Shown one piece after another: positions 53,568 through 62,052 of a stretch of 64,000 nucleotides of DNA. This DNA is from Klebsiella phage vB_KM5a1-KLB31. Under the pieces are notes generated by a model. That model did not search any database and was not told the origin of the DNA. It saw only the letters and a list, made by a program, of their open reading frames with translations. The stretch lies in sequence record PP582757.1, one strand, 5' to 3'. Numbering within the stretch: the stretch's first letter is position 1; the number at the start of each line of letters is the position of its first letter. Both the position numbers and the translations under genes were made by a program.

Positions 53568-53583
53568 GGGACCGTAAGGTCCC
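53568..53583. terminator. bidirectional hairpin terminator (GGGACC-GUAA-GGUCCC) shared by the convergent plus late gene and a minus-strand membrane-protein gene
   Basis: Plus aaaagggaccgtaaggtcccttta followed by ttattattt; both stop codons abut it. Confidence 0.55.
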
Positions 53584-53587
53584 TTTA

Positions 53588-53836
53588 TTATTTGTTAATC
53601 TGATTTTCGGCGATACGTGCCGGGAACTGAGCAACCCACTTCAGCAAAGACCATAATCCACCAATAATGAACAGTGGGAGCCATAAGATAAAGTAGAACC
53701 AGTAATCAGAAACAGATTCGATAGTATTGTTCTTGATGAATGCTTTGCACACCAAGAATCCGAGTGCAAAATAAACCAACCCAATAAAGATAGGCATAAT
53801 CCACCATAGTTGTGCTAATAGTAAAGTCATAATCAC
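53588..53836 (-). CDS. small membrane protein (two TM helices)
   Basis: 82 aa; Trp-rich hydrophobic segments. Confidence 0.4.
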   Translation of the reverse strand: MIMTLLLAQLWWIMPIFIGLVYFALGFLVCKAFIKNNTIESVSDYWFYFILWLPLFIIGGLWSLLKWVAQFPARIAENQINK

Positions 53837-54843
53837 CTGTAATAAGAGTTATGGTTCGCCAAATAAACCTCTTCGAGGAACTTGTTCCAGAAGCTCATAT
53901 CAACTTCTTTACGCATACCATTCTTTTCTGCATTCACAGCCAACAGTTCTACTATATCAACTGTATCTTCCAGCAATTCTTGAACTTCTTTGAATGGAAG
54001 AGCACCAGACTTAATCAGTCGCACCATTCCGGCTTCACGCAGTGGGAATACCAAGTCGCCAGTAGAATAGATTTCTTTCAGCTGAATACCTGCACGATAA
54101 GCATGACTCAGAGCTTTCCAATCCACACCTTCATTAGCTTCTGCCTTACGAGCACGTTCACCATATTCGGCTTCAAGCTTAGTCAAACTGTATTTAATTT
54201 CAGCAATAGTGATTGTGTCCTGGAATTTACGACCCAATACATTATAGAAATGTTGAACACCCATTTTGGAATCAACATCGTCTTTCCAGAATAAGAATTC
54301 ACTTGTCGGTAAAAGATGAGCAATTTCACCCAGCTTCCAACGTTGGTTGTGGGCCTTATCTTTAGGACGATCTTCATATTTCCATTCAGGATATTCGTTC
54401 AGAATATTGAGAATGATTTTCAGGTCTGCCAGACGTGAACCTTTGACACCATATTTCGCAGCCTGTTTACGGACATAACCCAGATAAGATTTCATGTCAG
54501 TAGTATAGAAGCGTTCACGGTTATCTTGGATGAATTTCCATACATCAGCCAGGTCGGATTTAACAACCAGTTCGGCTGGGGTGTGAATCATATCAAGAGC
54601 AACAGTTTCTCCTGACTGAGCAAGCTCTAACCAATACTTCAGAGAATAAAGCTCATGGTCGACATCATCATGGCCATTCTTAGAAGCAGTATTGTTGGTG
54701 TTCATGTTGGTATGGTTCATTGCACGACCCATGAGAATATCTTTTGGGTGTGGAACGAAGATTTCTTTGAAATCTGTGTCACTTTCAGGTGTTGACGTAC
54801 CATATAAATGGCTTCCGAAGAAGCCTTTCATAACTGTTTTCAT
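53833..54843 (-). CDS. pol-beta-superfamily nucleotidyltransferase-like protein
   Basis: 336 aa; N-terminal GSHLYGTSTPESDTDF (G-S then 11 residues then D-x-D), helical C-terminal region. Confidence 0.45.
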   Translation of the reverse strand: MKTVMKGFFGSHLYGTSTPESDTDFKEIFVPHPKDILMGRAMNHTNMNTNNTASKNGHDDVDHELYSLKYWLELAQSGETVALDMIHTPAELVVKSDLADVWKFIQDNRERFYTTDMKSYLGYVRKQAAKYGVKGSRLADLKIILNILNEYPEWKYEDRPKDKAHNQRWKLGEIAHLLPTSEFLFWKDDVDSKMGVQHFYNVLGRKFQDTITIAEIKYSLTKLEAEYGERARKAEANEGVDWKALSHAYRAGIQLKEIYSTGDLVFPLREAGMVRLIKSGALPFKEVQELLEDTVDIVELLAVNAEKNGMRKEVDMSFWNKFLEEVYLANHNSYYR

Positions 54844-55379
54844 CGTGTAGGATTACCCCATTCAAAACCACGGAATGTGCGAATCAGAACATCATCGTTC
54901 AGGTTAACTACAAGACCCGCGCCAGATACGGTATCTTCCATGAACATTGTACCACCATTACCGGCAATAGCAAGTACTTTAAATTCACGGTCGTGTTTAC
55001 CGAAGATATCACCAACTTCGACCGGAACTTTCTTAATAGTCTTTTCGTCGGTCCAGTAATTCAGCTCATCGGCCTGAGAAGTATGAAGCTTTTCTTGTTT
55101 GCCTTGAGACATCACAGTGGCTTCTTTTACTTTATAGACACCAACTTGGTCTTCAGAATACACAACCAGTTCAATCAGAGTACGATTAGAATAAATTTTC
55201 AGTTGAGTACGGTTTTTATTATTACCATCAATAAAGATGTTATGAGCACCATGAGCCAGAGAAATGAAGTCTACAATACCGTCAATACGACGACCATTCT
55301 CGAGATGAATTTCTAAAGAACGGCCCACTTCTAGGGCCTTTTTATTACGATCTTCGACTTTAGTTTGTTTAATGAACAT
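54840..55379 (-). CDS. hypothetical protein
   Basis: 179 aa. Confidence 0.45.
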   Translation of the reverse strand: MFIKQTKVEDRNKKALEVGRSLEIHLENGRRIDGIVDFISLAHGAHNIFIDGNNKNRTQLKIYSNRTLIELVVYSEDQVGVYKVKEATVMSQGKQEKLHTSQADELNYWTDEKTIKKVPVEVGDIFGKHDREFKVLAIAGNGGTMFMEDTVSGAGLVVNLNDDVLIRTFRGFEWGNPTR

Positions 55380-55382
55380 GGC

Positions 55383-55871
55383 TTATTCCTTTTCTTCTGT
55401 TTTTGTGAAATTCAGAGTAGGACAGAATTTATCGTGCTTAGCTTTAACAAAGGCCCATACAATATTAGGCTGTTTCGGTTCGATACCATTTGCACGATCA
55501 ATTTCAGCCTGTCGTTCACGTTCTACTGCTTTATCATACTTGCGATCAGACCACCATTCAGAAATACGCTGCCATACCCATACACCGCCAAACACCACAG
55601 CACATGCACCAGCCAGAATTACAGCCAGGAACAGAATAGAACCAAAGAAGCTTGCTACATAAGCCCAAACACCTGTTGCACCCCAGGCAATCATTGGAGC
55701 AAGCATCATATTAGACAGCATAATAGTCAAACCAGTACCTACAGCGCTCAAGAATAGAACACGATAAATTACGGCACGTACATAAGGACAAAGTGAACGT
55801 GGAACACCTTTAGAAGAGGTGAAAGTGTTTTTAACGAGTTTGTAGTGCCAAGAATTTACATTGATATTCAT
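55383..55871 (-). CDS. membrane protein (multiple TM helices)
   Basis: 162 aa; long hydrophobic stretches. Confidence 0.45.
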   Translation of the reverse strand: MNINVNSWHYKLVKNTFTSSKGVPRSLCPYVRAVIYRVLFLSAVGTGLTIMLSNMMLAPMIAWGATGVWAYVASFFGSILFLAVILAGACAVVFGGVWVWQRISEWWSDRKYDKAVERERQAEIDRANGIEPKQPNIVWAFVKAKHDKFCPTLNFTKTEEKE

Positions 55872-55892
55872 TTTATTTTATTTCCTTTCAAA

Positions 55893-56108
55893 TTAAAGAG
55901 TAGAAGTTACTTGAACCAGATAATCACGCAGAGCCATAATATCACGCTTATCTAAAGCAATAATATCGGTGCCCTGTTTAATAGTCATAATAGCATTACG
56001 AGATGTATCATAAGTCTTTTTGATATTCAGACGGATATCATCGTCGCCGTCATCATTATGGATTGTTGCGCCATAGCCATAACCTTCATAGTTCAGACCA
56101 ACTTTCAT
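55893..56108 (-). CDS. hypothetical protein
   Basis: 71 aa. Confidence 0.35.
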   Translation of the reverse strand: MKVGLNYEGYGYGATIHNDDGDDDIRLNIKKTYDTSRNAIMTIKQGTDIIALDKRDIMALRDYLVQVTSTL

Positions 56109-56383
56109 TTTAACTCACCTTTAGCCTTTGCTTCGTGGATTGCAGCCAGAACACTTGCATAGTTCTCCGGGTCGCTTTTACGTACGATAGACACGCTATA
56201 AGGCATACTATCATGGTCTTTGATGAAACGTTCTAACTGACATGTCAGAAGAACTTCAGGGTGAAATAGAGTGTACATCAGGTTGCCTGTTGCGGCCCTG
56301 TATTGACAAATCTCTACGGATTGTTTACCTTCCCACTGACGTGTCAGGACTAAATCGCCTACTTCAAGTTTTGGAAAACCCAT
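56105..56383 (-). CDS. hypothetical protein
   Basis: 92 aa; downstream of early promoter E10. Confidence 0.4.
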   Translation of the reverse strand: MGFPKLEVGDLVLTRQWEGKQSVEICQYRAATGNLMYTLFHPEVLLTCQLERFIKDHDSMPYSVSIVRKSDPENYASVLAAIHEAKAKGELK

Positions 56384-56402
56384 TTCAATTTCCTCTCGTT
56401 TG

Positions 56403-56443
56403 TCTGTAGGAGTATAATAACACGTCCTACAGACGTTGTAAAC
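56403..56443 (-). promoter_or_regulatory. early promoter E10 (GTTTAC-17-TATTAT) in inverted repeat GTCTGTAGGA...TCCTACAGAC
   Basis: Minus strand GTTTAC AACGTCTGTAGGACGTG TTATTAT ACTCCTACAGAC. Confidence 0.55.
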
Positions 56444-56445
56444 AC

Positions 56446-56661
56446 TTAGCGATTGTGCTTAAGGATTGAATACAACTGTTCAAGTTGATTCCAATCTAGT
56501 ACGATGCAACTATCACCTTGAGTGAAGATGACCCCATTTTTAACGCTCTCACATTCACACAGCTTAAAATTAAAATTAGAATCAGGTTCTAAAGCAATCG
56601 CGCCGTTTTTAGAACTACCATATGGATCGTATAACATTATCTCATGCTCCTGTGCCAGCAA
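56446..56661 (-). CDS. hypothetical protein
   Basis: 71 aa. Confidence 0.35.
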   Translation of the reverse strand: MLAQEHEIMLYDPYGSSKNGAIALEPDSNFNFKLCECESVKNGVIFTQGDSCIVLDWNQLEQLYSILKHNR

Positions 56662-56894
56662 TTACGTGGCTCACGTTTAAAAATTTCATCATGCATTGAT
56701 TGACACTTCACACAATACATGACGCCTTTTACCGCTAAACGTCGTGCTTCTGGAATCTTTTCATCACATTCATAGCAGAATTCCAGAGATTCACGATGTT
56801 CGTTAATTTGGCTTCGAGCATGAACTACTGCAGCCTGTACGACCGCAGCAATTTCATCCTGTTCAGCACCATCTTTAGCAAATCCTACGGCCAT
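56637..56894 (-). CDS. TraR/DksA-family C4 zinc-finger protein
   Basis: 85 aa; CYECDEKIPEARRLAVKGVMYCVKC (C-x2-C-x17-C-x2-C). Confidence 0.5.
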   Translation of the reverse strand: MAVGFAKDGAEQDEIAAVVQAAVVHARSQINEHRESLEFCYECDEKIPEARRLAVKGVMYCVKCQSMHDEIFKREPRNCWHRSMR

Positions 56895-57127
56895 TAGAGC
56901 TCCGGGAAACTGTTCAGAAGTTGTTTGAATCGAGACAGTTCGTCAAGTTTCATTTGACCACCACCAAAAGAAGACATACCATTGAATTTGAAAGAAGCAC
57001 CGATAGCACGTCCTTCATGAATATCCATGGTAAGCAAGGTGTTGTCATGGCCATTGTTGTACTCGATAGAGCGAGTTACACTGATATGGTTTCCACCATG
57101 TTCTGCAATACGTTCGATAATTTCCAT
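56894..57127 (-). CDS. hypothetical protein
   Basis: 77 aa. Confidence 0.4.
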   Translation of the reverse strand: MEIIERIAEHGGNHISVTRSIEYNNGHDNTLLTMDIHEGRAIGASFKFNGMSSFGGGQMKLDELSRFKQLLNSFPEL

Positions 57128-57300
57128 TAGAGCCTCTCTATCATATCATGAAGACGTTGTTTCGCTTCAGCCATTTTCTCTTCGTGCTTTTTGGCCGTAC
57201 CATGGCCTTGCCAGCCTGCACCAAACTTAACCGATGCTTCTTGAAGCTCATAGACAAGTTTAATGAGCTCGACTTTAACATTAGTAGGAACCATGTTCAT
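57127..57300 (-). CDS. small ORF (57 aa)
   Basis: MNMVPTNVKVELIKLVYELQEASVKFGAGWQGHG...; TAATG coupling at both ends; not in track. Confidence 0.3.
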   Translation of the reverse strand: MNMVPTNVKVELIKLVYELQEASVKFGAGWQGHGTAKKHEEKMAEAKQRLHDMIERL

Positions 57301-57569
57301 TATGCAATCCAGTCTTCAATAGCTTTAACCAGACGAAGTGCTTCACCGCTACGCAGCCAATGATACTCTTCATCGATAAGAAGCAGTTTAGTACCGAGTG
57401 AAGCAGAAGTTTCCAGCCAGAAGCTGTAAGGAGCATTCACTGAATCATTATCAATGCAAATACCTATTTCGCCGATAGCAGGAATGTACTTCAGGTTAAA
57501 AGTGACTTCGTCACCATCTTTATGAACGAGTTTGATTTCGCCAAAGCTACGAGACATTTGAATACTCAT
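57300..57569 (-). CDS. hypothetical protein
   Basis: 89 aa; downstream of early promoter E11. Confidence 0.4.
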   Translation of the reverse strand: MSIQMSRSFGEIKLVHKDGDEVTFNLKYIPAIGEIGICIDNDSVNAPYSFWLETSASLGTKLLLIDEEYHWLRSGEALRLVKAIEDWIA

Positions 57570-57580
57570 TTCTTTACTCC

Positions 57581-57629
57581 AGTTCGTTAGTGTAGGAACA
57601 TCTTAACACGAACAAAACTGGATGTAAAC
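57581..57629 (-). promoter_or_regulatory. early promoter E11 (GTTTAC-17-TAAGAT) with imperfect inverted repeat CCAGTT..GTTCGT...ACGAACTGG
   Basis: Minus strand GTTTAC ATCCAGTTTTGTTCGTG TTAAGAT GTTCCTACACTAACGAACTGGAG. Confidence 0.5.
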
Positions 57630-57635
57630 ACTAAA

Positions 57636-57666
57636 ACGAAAAAAGGGTCCCACCGAAGTAGGACCC
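57636..57666 (-). terminator. rho-independent terminator (GGGUCC-loop-GGACCC plus U6) immediately upstream of E11; PeSL-like arrangement
   Basis: Plus aaaaaagggtcccaccgaagtaggaccc. Confidence 0.55.
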
Positions 57667-57671
57667 TGTAA

Positions 57672-58055
57672 TTATTCTAACGTTAACAGATACTTAGTCT
57701 GGTAGGCAAGACCAGAAATTTCATCTAGGACGGCTTGGATAGCACGTGGACATACTGAGTATGCTGCATTAGTTCTTTCTATAACTGCATCCAGGAAAGC
57801 AATTGTGTCTTTAGGCATCTGTCCCATATCAGGCAGATTTGCGGTGTATGGTTGACCACTATAACCTAACCATTGCTCACTGAATGTATCAGTAAGGTCT
57901 CTGATACCGTTATAATAAAAATCATAAGCTTTGTGTCGAGCGTAACTTTTGGTTTCAAGATGGGCTGACTTAATATAAGCTGACGAGGCTAAAAGCCAAC
58001 CAATGTACTCGTCAATTTTATTGCCAGGTCCTTTAACAAAGTCGTTAAATGTCAT
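57672..58055 (-). CDS. hypothetical protein
   Basis: 127 aa. Confidence 0.45.
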   Translation of the reverse strand: MTFNDFVKGPGNKIDEYIGWLLASSAYIKSAHLETKSYARHKAYDFYYNGIRDLTDTFSEQWLGYSGQPYTANLPDMGQMPKDTIAFLDAVIERTNAAYSVCPRAIQAVLDEISGLAYQTKYLLTLE

Positions 58056-58335
58056 TGTCTAACTTAACCTTATTTACCGTAGCATACGCAATCCCAGCAG
58101 ATTGGCCATCTAATGTACATTCGTTTGATAGACACGATTCATTATCGGCTTTCCATCTTTGATTAACAAATGATAGAAACTTCTGAGACTCTTTGACACT
58201 CGGCTCTTCAAACTGTTTGTAGATTTGTAAGGCACCCTCAACATAACTGTTGTAATCTCGTTCTGTTGCCTGTGCTACTGGGGTTATACAAACCCCGACC
58301 AAAATGGCGGTTGAACAAATCTTAATAAGGTCCAT
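58045..58335 (-). CDS. secreted hypothetical protein
   Basis: 96 aa; signal peptide ending VAQA. Confidence 0.4.
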   Translation of the reverse strand: MDLIKICSTAILVGVCITPVAQATERDYNSYVEGALQIYKQFEEPSVKESQKFLSFVNQRWKADNESCLSNECTLDGQSAGIAYATVNKVKLDNDI

Positions 58336-58345
58336 AATCGGACTC

Positions 58346-58564
58346 CTATTGATTTAAAACATTCCTTTTCGCTGTCAGGACAGCCTTAACTTTAGTGAGG
58401 TACTTTTCCAGTAAACGTTGATGTACGTAGTCGGCTTTGGCCCCATTCTGTTCAAAGGAATGTTTTGCTGAGCCGATAGAGGTACCAACTTCACGACGGA
58501 TTTCGTCGAGAGATTCAACGGACAGATTACGGAGTTGCTTTTCAGTCAAATACTGCATATACAC
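58346..58564 (-). CDS. hypothetical protein
   Basis: 72 aa. Confidence 0.4.
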   Translation of the reverse strand: MYMQYLTEKQLRNLSVESLDEIRREVGTSIGSAKHSFEQNGAKADYVHQRLLEKYLTKVKAVLTAKRNVLNQ

Positions 58565-58619
58565 CTCTTAGTTAGTCATAGGTATTTATTATGAGGTACA
58601 AGTGTACCTCGATTTAGCT

Positions 58620-59003
58620 TTAGTCCCACAACATCAACGCAATACCTTTCTCGTTTTTACGAGCGGCCTTTTCGTCCCAGTTGTAGTCAGTGTCGCTTCT
58701 CAGCGAGTTTTTGATTTCCATCTTGTGGAATACACGTGGAATAGGTGAAGCATAGCGCATCCAGCGCAGAGTCTTCCAGAATGAATCACGATGACGTTCT
58801 TTCATCATAGAAGCAAGCTCTGATGGCCTTTCCTTGTTTTGTGCAATTTGCTTATCAACATATTTCTGTTGATGCTCTTTGTCTTTCTTGGTTTTAACGT
58901 ATTCGGTATAGCGTTTGATATAAGCGAATTCGTTATTTTTCTGGTCGTGCCACTTAGAAGAAGTAGTTACGTGCCAGCCTTTACGACGGATAGTTCTTGA
59001 CAT
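58620..59003 (-). CDS. hypothetical basic protein
   Basis: 127 aa. Confidence 0.45.
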   Translation of the reverse strand: MSRTIRRKGWHVTTSSKWHDQKNNEFAYIKRYTEYVKTKKDKEHQQKYVDKQIAQNKERPSELASMMKERHRDSFWKTLRWMRYASPIPRVFHKMEIKNSLRSDTDYNWDEKAARKNEKGIALMLWD

Positions 59004-59060
59004 TTTATCACCTTTGAGTTAAGTAAGCTCAACGGTAATAGAATCCTGATTTGAAGAATT

Positions 59061-59639
59061 TCATACACCCACCAGTTCGCACCAATGTTTTCGACACAAC
59101 GAGACATATTTGTCTTCGCCACCCAACTCAACCTGAGCACCTTCGGTTACTGCAGAGCCATCTTCTCTGATACGTGCAACCATTGTAGCTTTACGTCCAC
59201 AATGACATACACCTTTCAATTCTACCAACTTATCGGCTACAGCAAGTAAAGCCTTAGAACCTTCAAAAAGATTGCCTTTGAAATCCGTACGTAAGCCGTA
59301 GCACATCACAGGCGTATTATAAAGGTCTACTATTTTACACAGTTGGAAGACTTGTTCAGATTCAAGGAACTGAGCCTCATCAATCATGACGCAATGAATA
59401 TCACGCTGTGTATGGGCCCATTTAAAGAATTCAAGAAGGTCCATACCAGGTTTAATGATATTTGCTTCCTGTTTCAGGCCGATACGAGATACAATTTCGG
59501 AGGATGAATCACGGTCGTCTATTGCAGGTTTCATTACTAAGGTGCCCATACCACGCTCTTTATAGTTATTAGCATGTGACAGCAAAGCCAGAGATTTACC
59601 GGCATTCATACTTGCGTAATGAAAATAAAGTTGTGACAT
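59061..59639 (-). CDS. tk: thymidine kinase
   Basis: 192 aa; YASMNAGKS P-loop, DEAQFL, CHCGRKA zinc motif; near-collinear with recalled T4 Tk. Confidence 0.85.
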   Translation of the reverse strand: MSQLYFHYASMNAGKSLALLSHANNYKERGMGTLVMKPAIDDRDSSSEIVSRIGLKQEANIIKPGMDLLEFFKWAHTQRDIHCVMIDEAQFLESEQVFQLCKIVDLYNTPVMCYGLRTDFKGNLFEGSKALLAVADKLVELKGVCHCGRKATMVARIREDGSAVTEGAQVELGGEDKYVSLCRKHWCELVGV

Positions 59640-59647
59640 AATGTTCC

Positions 59648-59833
59648 TTAAGCCATAATGCTTTCTAAATATTGTTCTAATGCGATACGTGAATCTTCTA
59701 AATCACGTTCGGCTTCTGCTTTAGCAGAACGAGAAGATGACCAGGAAGATTGTTCCCATGCATCAGCGGCAGCCATGATACGCATCTCGTCCGCCAAGTA
59801 GAAAATATGTTCTTTCTGCTCTTTAGTAATCAT
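59648..59833 (-). CDS. hypothetical protein
   Basis: 61 aa. Confidence 0.35.
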   Translation of the reverse strand: MITKEQKEHIFYLADEMRIMAAADAWEQSSWSSSRSAKAEAERDLEDSRIALEQYLESIMA

Positions 59834-60008
59834 ATTCTATACCATCCATAGCAAGAATGTGTTTACGTTGCTTTTGTAGAGCCTCTGCAGCAAAAGTATA
59901 TTCGTCTTCAGTGCCTATAGCAGCCATAACTCCGGCATGTTTAGCCAATTTAATAAGCTTATCAATTTGCTCTACAATATAACACTGCTCTTCATCAGAC
60001 ATAGTCAT
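59823..60008 (-). CDS. hypothetical protein
   Basis: 61 aa. Confidence 0.35.
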   Translation of the reverse strand: MTMSDEEQCYIVEQIDKLIKLAKHAGVMAAIGTEDEYTFAAEALQKQRKHILAMDGIEYDY

Positions 60009-60214
60009 TTCGGCTCACCATATTCAACCCATTCAGGAGTAGATTGGAAGAATCCTTCACCAGCATGATTCTTACACGTTTTGTTAGAGCAATATAACCA
60101 CCAATCCCATTCAGAATACGGTTTAGTGTTCATAAGCCCATCATTACATAAAGAGAACACGATAGGCCATTTGCAATCTTTACAACGGTTCTTTTCTTTG
60201 ATATGGGTTTGCAT
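60005..60214 (-). CDS. Cys-rich small protein
   Basis: 69 aa; CKDCKW...CSNKTCKNH. Confidence 0.35.
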   Translation of the reverse strand: MQTHIKEKNRCKDCKWPIVFSLCNDGLMNTKPYSEWDWWLYCSNKTCKNHAGEGFFQSTPEWVEYGEPK

Positions 60215-60684
60215 TAATTACCGTCCCAATCAACAATAATGATATTCAGATTAGGAGTGAATATATCAATTAGAATTGATACCTTTTCCCAATCACCACC
60301 AGCAATACCACAACCGATACGAGGCATATAAATTGTCGGAGGAACAATCATTCTGTTACCCCATTGATTTAATTCTATCATACAGTTAACTAAAGCACCA
60401 TAGTCAAGATTTGGCCCGGGTTCGTATTGGGTATAAAGATTGAAGCAATATACTTCATGGTCATCTTGCCCATGTAACTTAACAGCACGAGTAAATGTAC
60501 CAAGTTTTTCTTTATCGCCTAATTCTGACAAACCTTTATCGGCGTTAAGAACTACAGGATAAGCGGCAGCCAATTGTCCTGCTACGCCTGCGCCCATTGT
60601 ATGGAAGCAATTACAGCCATGGGCTACGTTGTAACCTGACTTAAAAAGTGATACGATATTGCCAGTGATGTATTTGGTTATCAT
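60214..60684 (-). CDS. macro-domain protein (ADP-ribose binding / ADP-ribosyl hydrolase family)
   Basis: 156 aa; ITGNIVSL...NVAHGCNCFHTMGAGVAGQLAAAYP fits the macro-domain NAAN...GGGV..AI block. Confidence 0.5.
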   Translation of the reverse strand: MITKYITGNIVSLFKSGYNVAHGCNCFHTMGAGVAGQLAAAYPVVLNADKGLSELGDKEKLGTFTRAVKLHGQDDHEVYCFNLYTQYEPGPNLDYGALVNCMIELNQWGNRMIVPPTIYMPRIGCGIAGGDWEKVSILIDIFTPNLNIIIVDWDGN

Positions 60685-61028
60685 TTGGAATTCAATCCAC
60701 GGTTATAAGAATCGACTAGTCTGTCAACCATTGATTCACAGACCGATTTATATTTTTCATCTGAAGGAATACATTCAGTAGTTAAAAGGCGGTCTTCGTA
60801 ACGTTTAGATAAGGTCCCTTCTCTAAAACGAGAACGGGAATCCATTTGACCATCTTTATACGCGACTATGACCTGGCTACTGAATTCGCTTATGCATTGT
60901 GTATTCTTAGGTGCGCAATAATCTTTAGCAGTTCTGTTCGCGTAGTCAATAATTTCTGACATATCGGTTGATGCTGAAACTCCCAAACTGAGTGTTAACC
61001 CCAAAGCTAAAGTTATCTGCTTTAACAT
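60681..61028 (-). CDS. secreted hypothetical protein
   Basis: 115 aa; signal peptide MLKQITLALGLTLSLGVSA. Confidence 0.4.
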   Translation of the reverse strand: MLKQITLALGLTLSLGVSASTDMSEIIDYANRTAKDYCAPKNTQCISEFSSQVIVAYKDGQMDSRSRFREGTLSKRYEDRLLTTECIPSDEKYKSVCESMVDRLVDSYNRGLNSK

Positions 61029-61580
61029 TTATTCCACCGTTTGATGTAACATTTTGCGTGATTTTAGATAATTAGCTTTTTCAAGAACTTGTGATGCATA
61101 TTTGTTACCTGCTTTCACATTCCATCCTGCGTTGTATGAAGAAATAGCCTTTCTCATATCACCTTTGTGCACGTTTAACCAGTAAGATAATTCGATATAA
61201 GCCCAGGAAGCGCTATTAGAGCGTTTCTTGACCATTCTGATTATCTCTTTGTCTGACATGTTCCATCCAACCTGGTTGACCCTGTTACGTAAGGTTGGCA
61301 GGTAATTTTGGAACATACCGTATGCATGATGTTTCTGTTTTTGCATACCTGTATTTAAGCCAGCTGATGATTCTTGCCAAACCAAGGCAGCCATGATATA
61401 TCCCAAACCATTATTGTCATAACGGCTTTCGTGCTCTTTGAACTTACCCGACTTCTGGTATTGTTCACCAAAAGCATACGCATAATGTAAATTATCGAGT
61501 TGTTCATTACTGAAAGTAGGCTCTACGCTATGGGCAGACATACTTGCTGTCAATAGTAAGGCAGCTAATACTTTTTTCAT
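61029..61580 (-). CDS. secreted lytic transglycosylase (SLT domain)
   Basis: 183 aa; signal peptide; catalytic ES (WQESSAG), GMFQ, SYNAGW motifs. Confidence 0.55.
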   Translation of the reverse strand: MKKVLAALLLTASMSAHSVEPTFSNEQLDNLHYAYAFGEQYQKSGKFKEHESRYDNNGLGYIMAALVWQESSAGLNTGMQKQKHHAYGMFQNYLPTLRNRVNQVGWNMSDKEIIRMVKKRSNSASWAYIELSYWLNVHKGDMRKAISSYNAGWNVKAGNKYASQVLEKANYLKSRKMLHQTVE

Positions 61581-61590
61581 GAATTTTCCT

Positions 61591-62049
61591 TTAAATTAAA
61601 TCGATTACCTTTGTGCTGATTTTTCCTTCAAGACGACGATTGTTAATAAAAGCCATACGGCAGCACAGAGATGGCAGGCGTCCAGGAGTTGGACGATCTA
61701 CTGTCATTCCTAGCCATAAATTACGGTCTGTAATTTCCAGACGTAATGGACGATACTCTACACCTTCCACTTTGTCATCTTCAACATCAGGCAAGGCTGG
61801 GAGTTTGAGGAACTCTACAACGGTAGTGACATGGTTGTGGAGCAATTTGAACAGAGTAAAGACGTATTGCTCATCGATTTCACGTTGGATAGCACGGTCC
61901 AAGAGGTGTGGGCTGTACTTTACAAAAAAGCGTTCAACGCCATTTGCAGCACAAGATGTAGCAATTGTTTTGTTGATTTCTGCGAACTCGGTCTCAAAGA
62001 CACGACGCAGTTTGTTACGACGAATGTAAACGCTAGAATCAATAGACAT
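61591..62049 (-). CDS. regB: RegB sequence-specific endoribonuclease
   Basis: 152 aa; FIRRNKLRR.FE.EF, HLLDRAIQREIDE.YVF, GVEYRP.RLEITD.NLWLG, CRMA.IN.RRL match recalled T4 RegB. Confidence 0.85.
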   Translation of the reverse strand: MSIDSSVYIRRNKLRRVFETEFAEINKTIATSCAANGVERFFVKYSPHLLDRAIQREIDEQYVFTLFKLLHNHVTTVVEFLKLPALPDVEDDKVEGVEYRPLRLEITDRNLWLGMTVDRPTPGRLPSLCCRMAFINNRRLEGKISTKVIDLI

Positions 62050-62052
62050 TTT

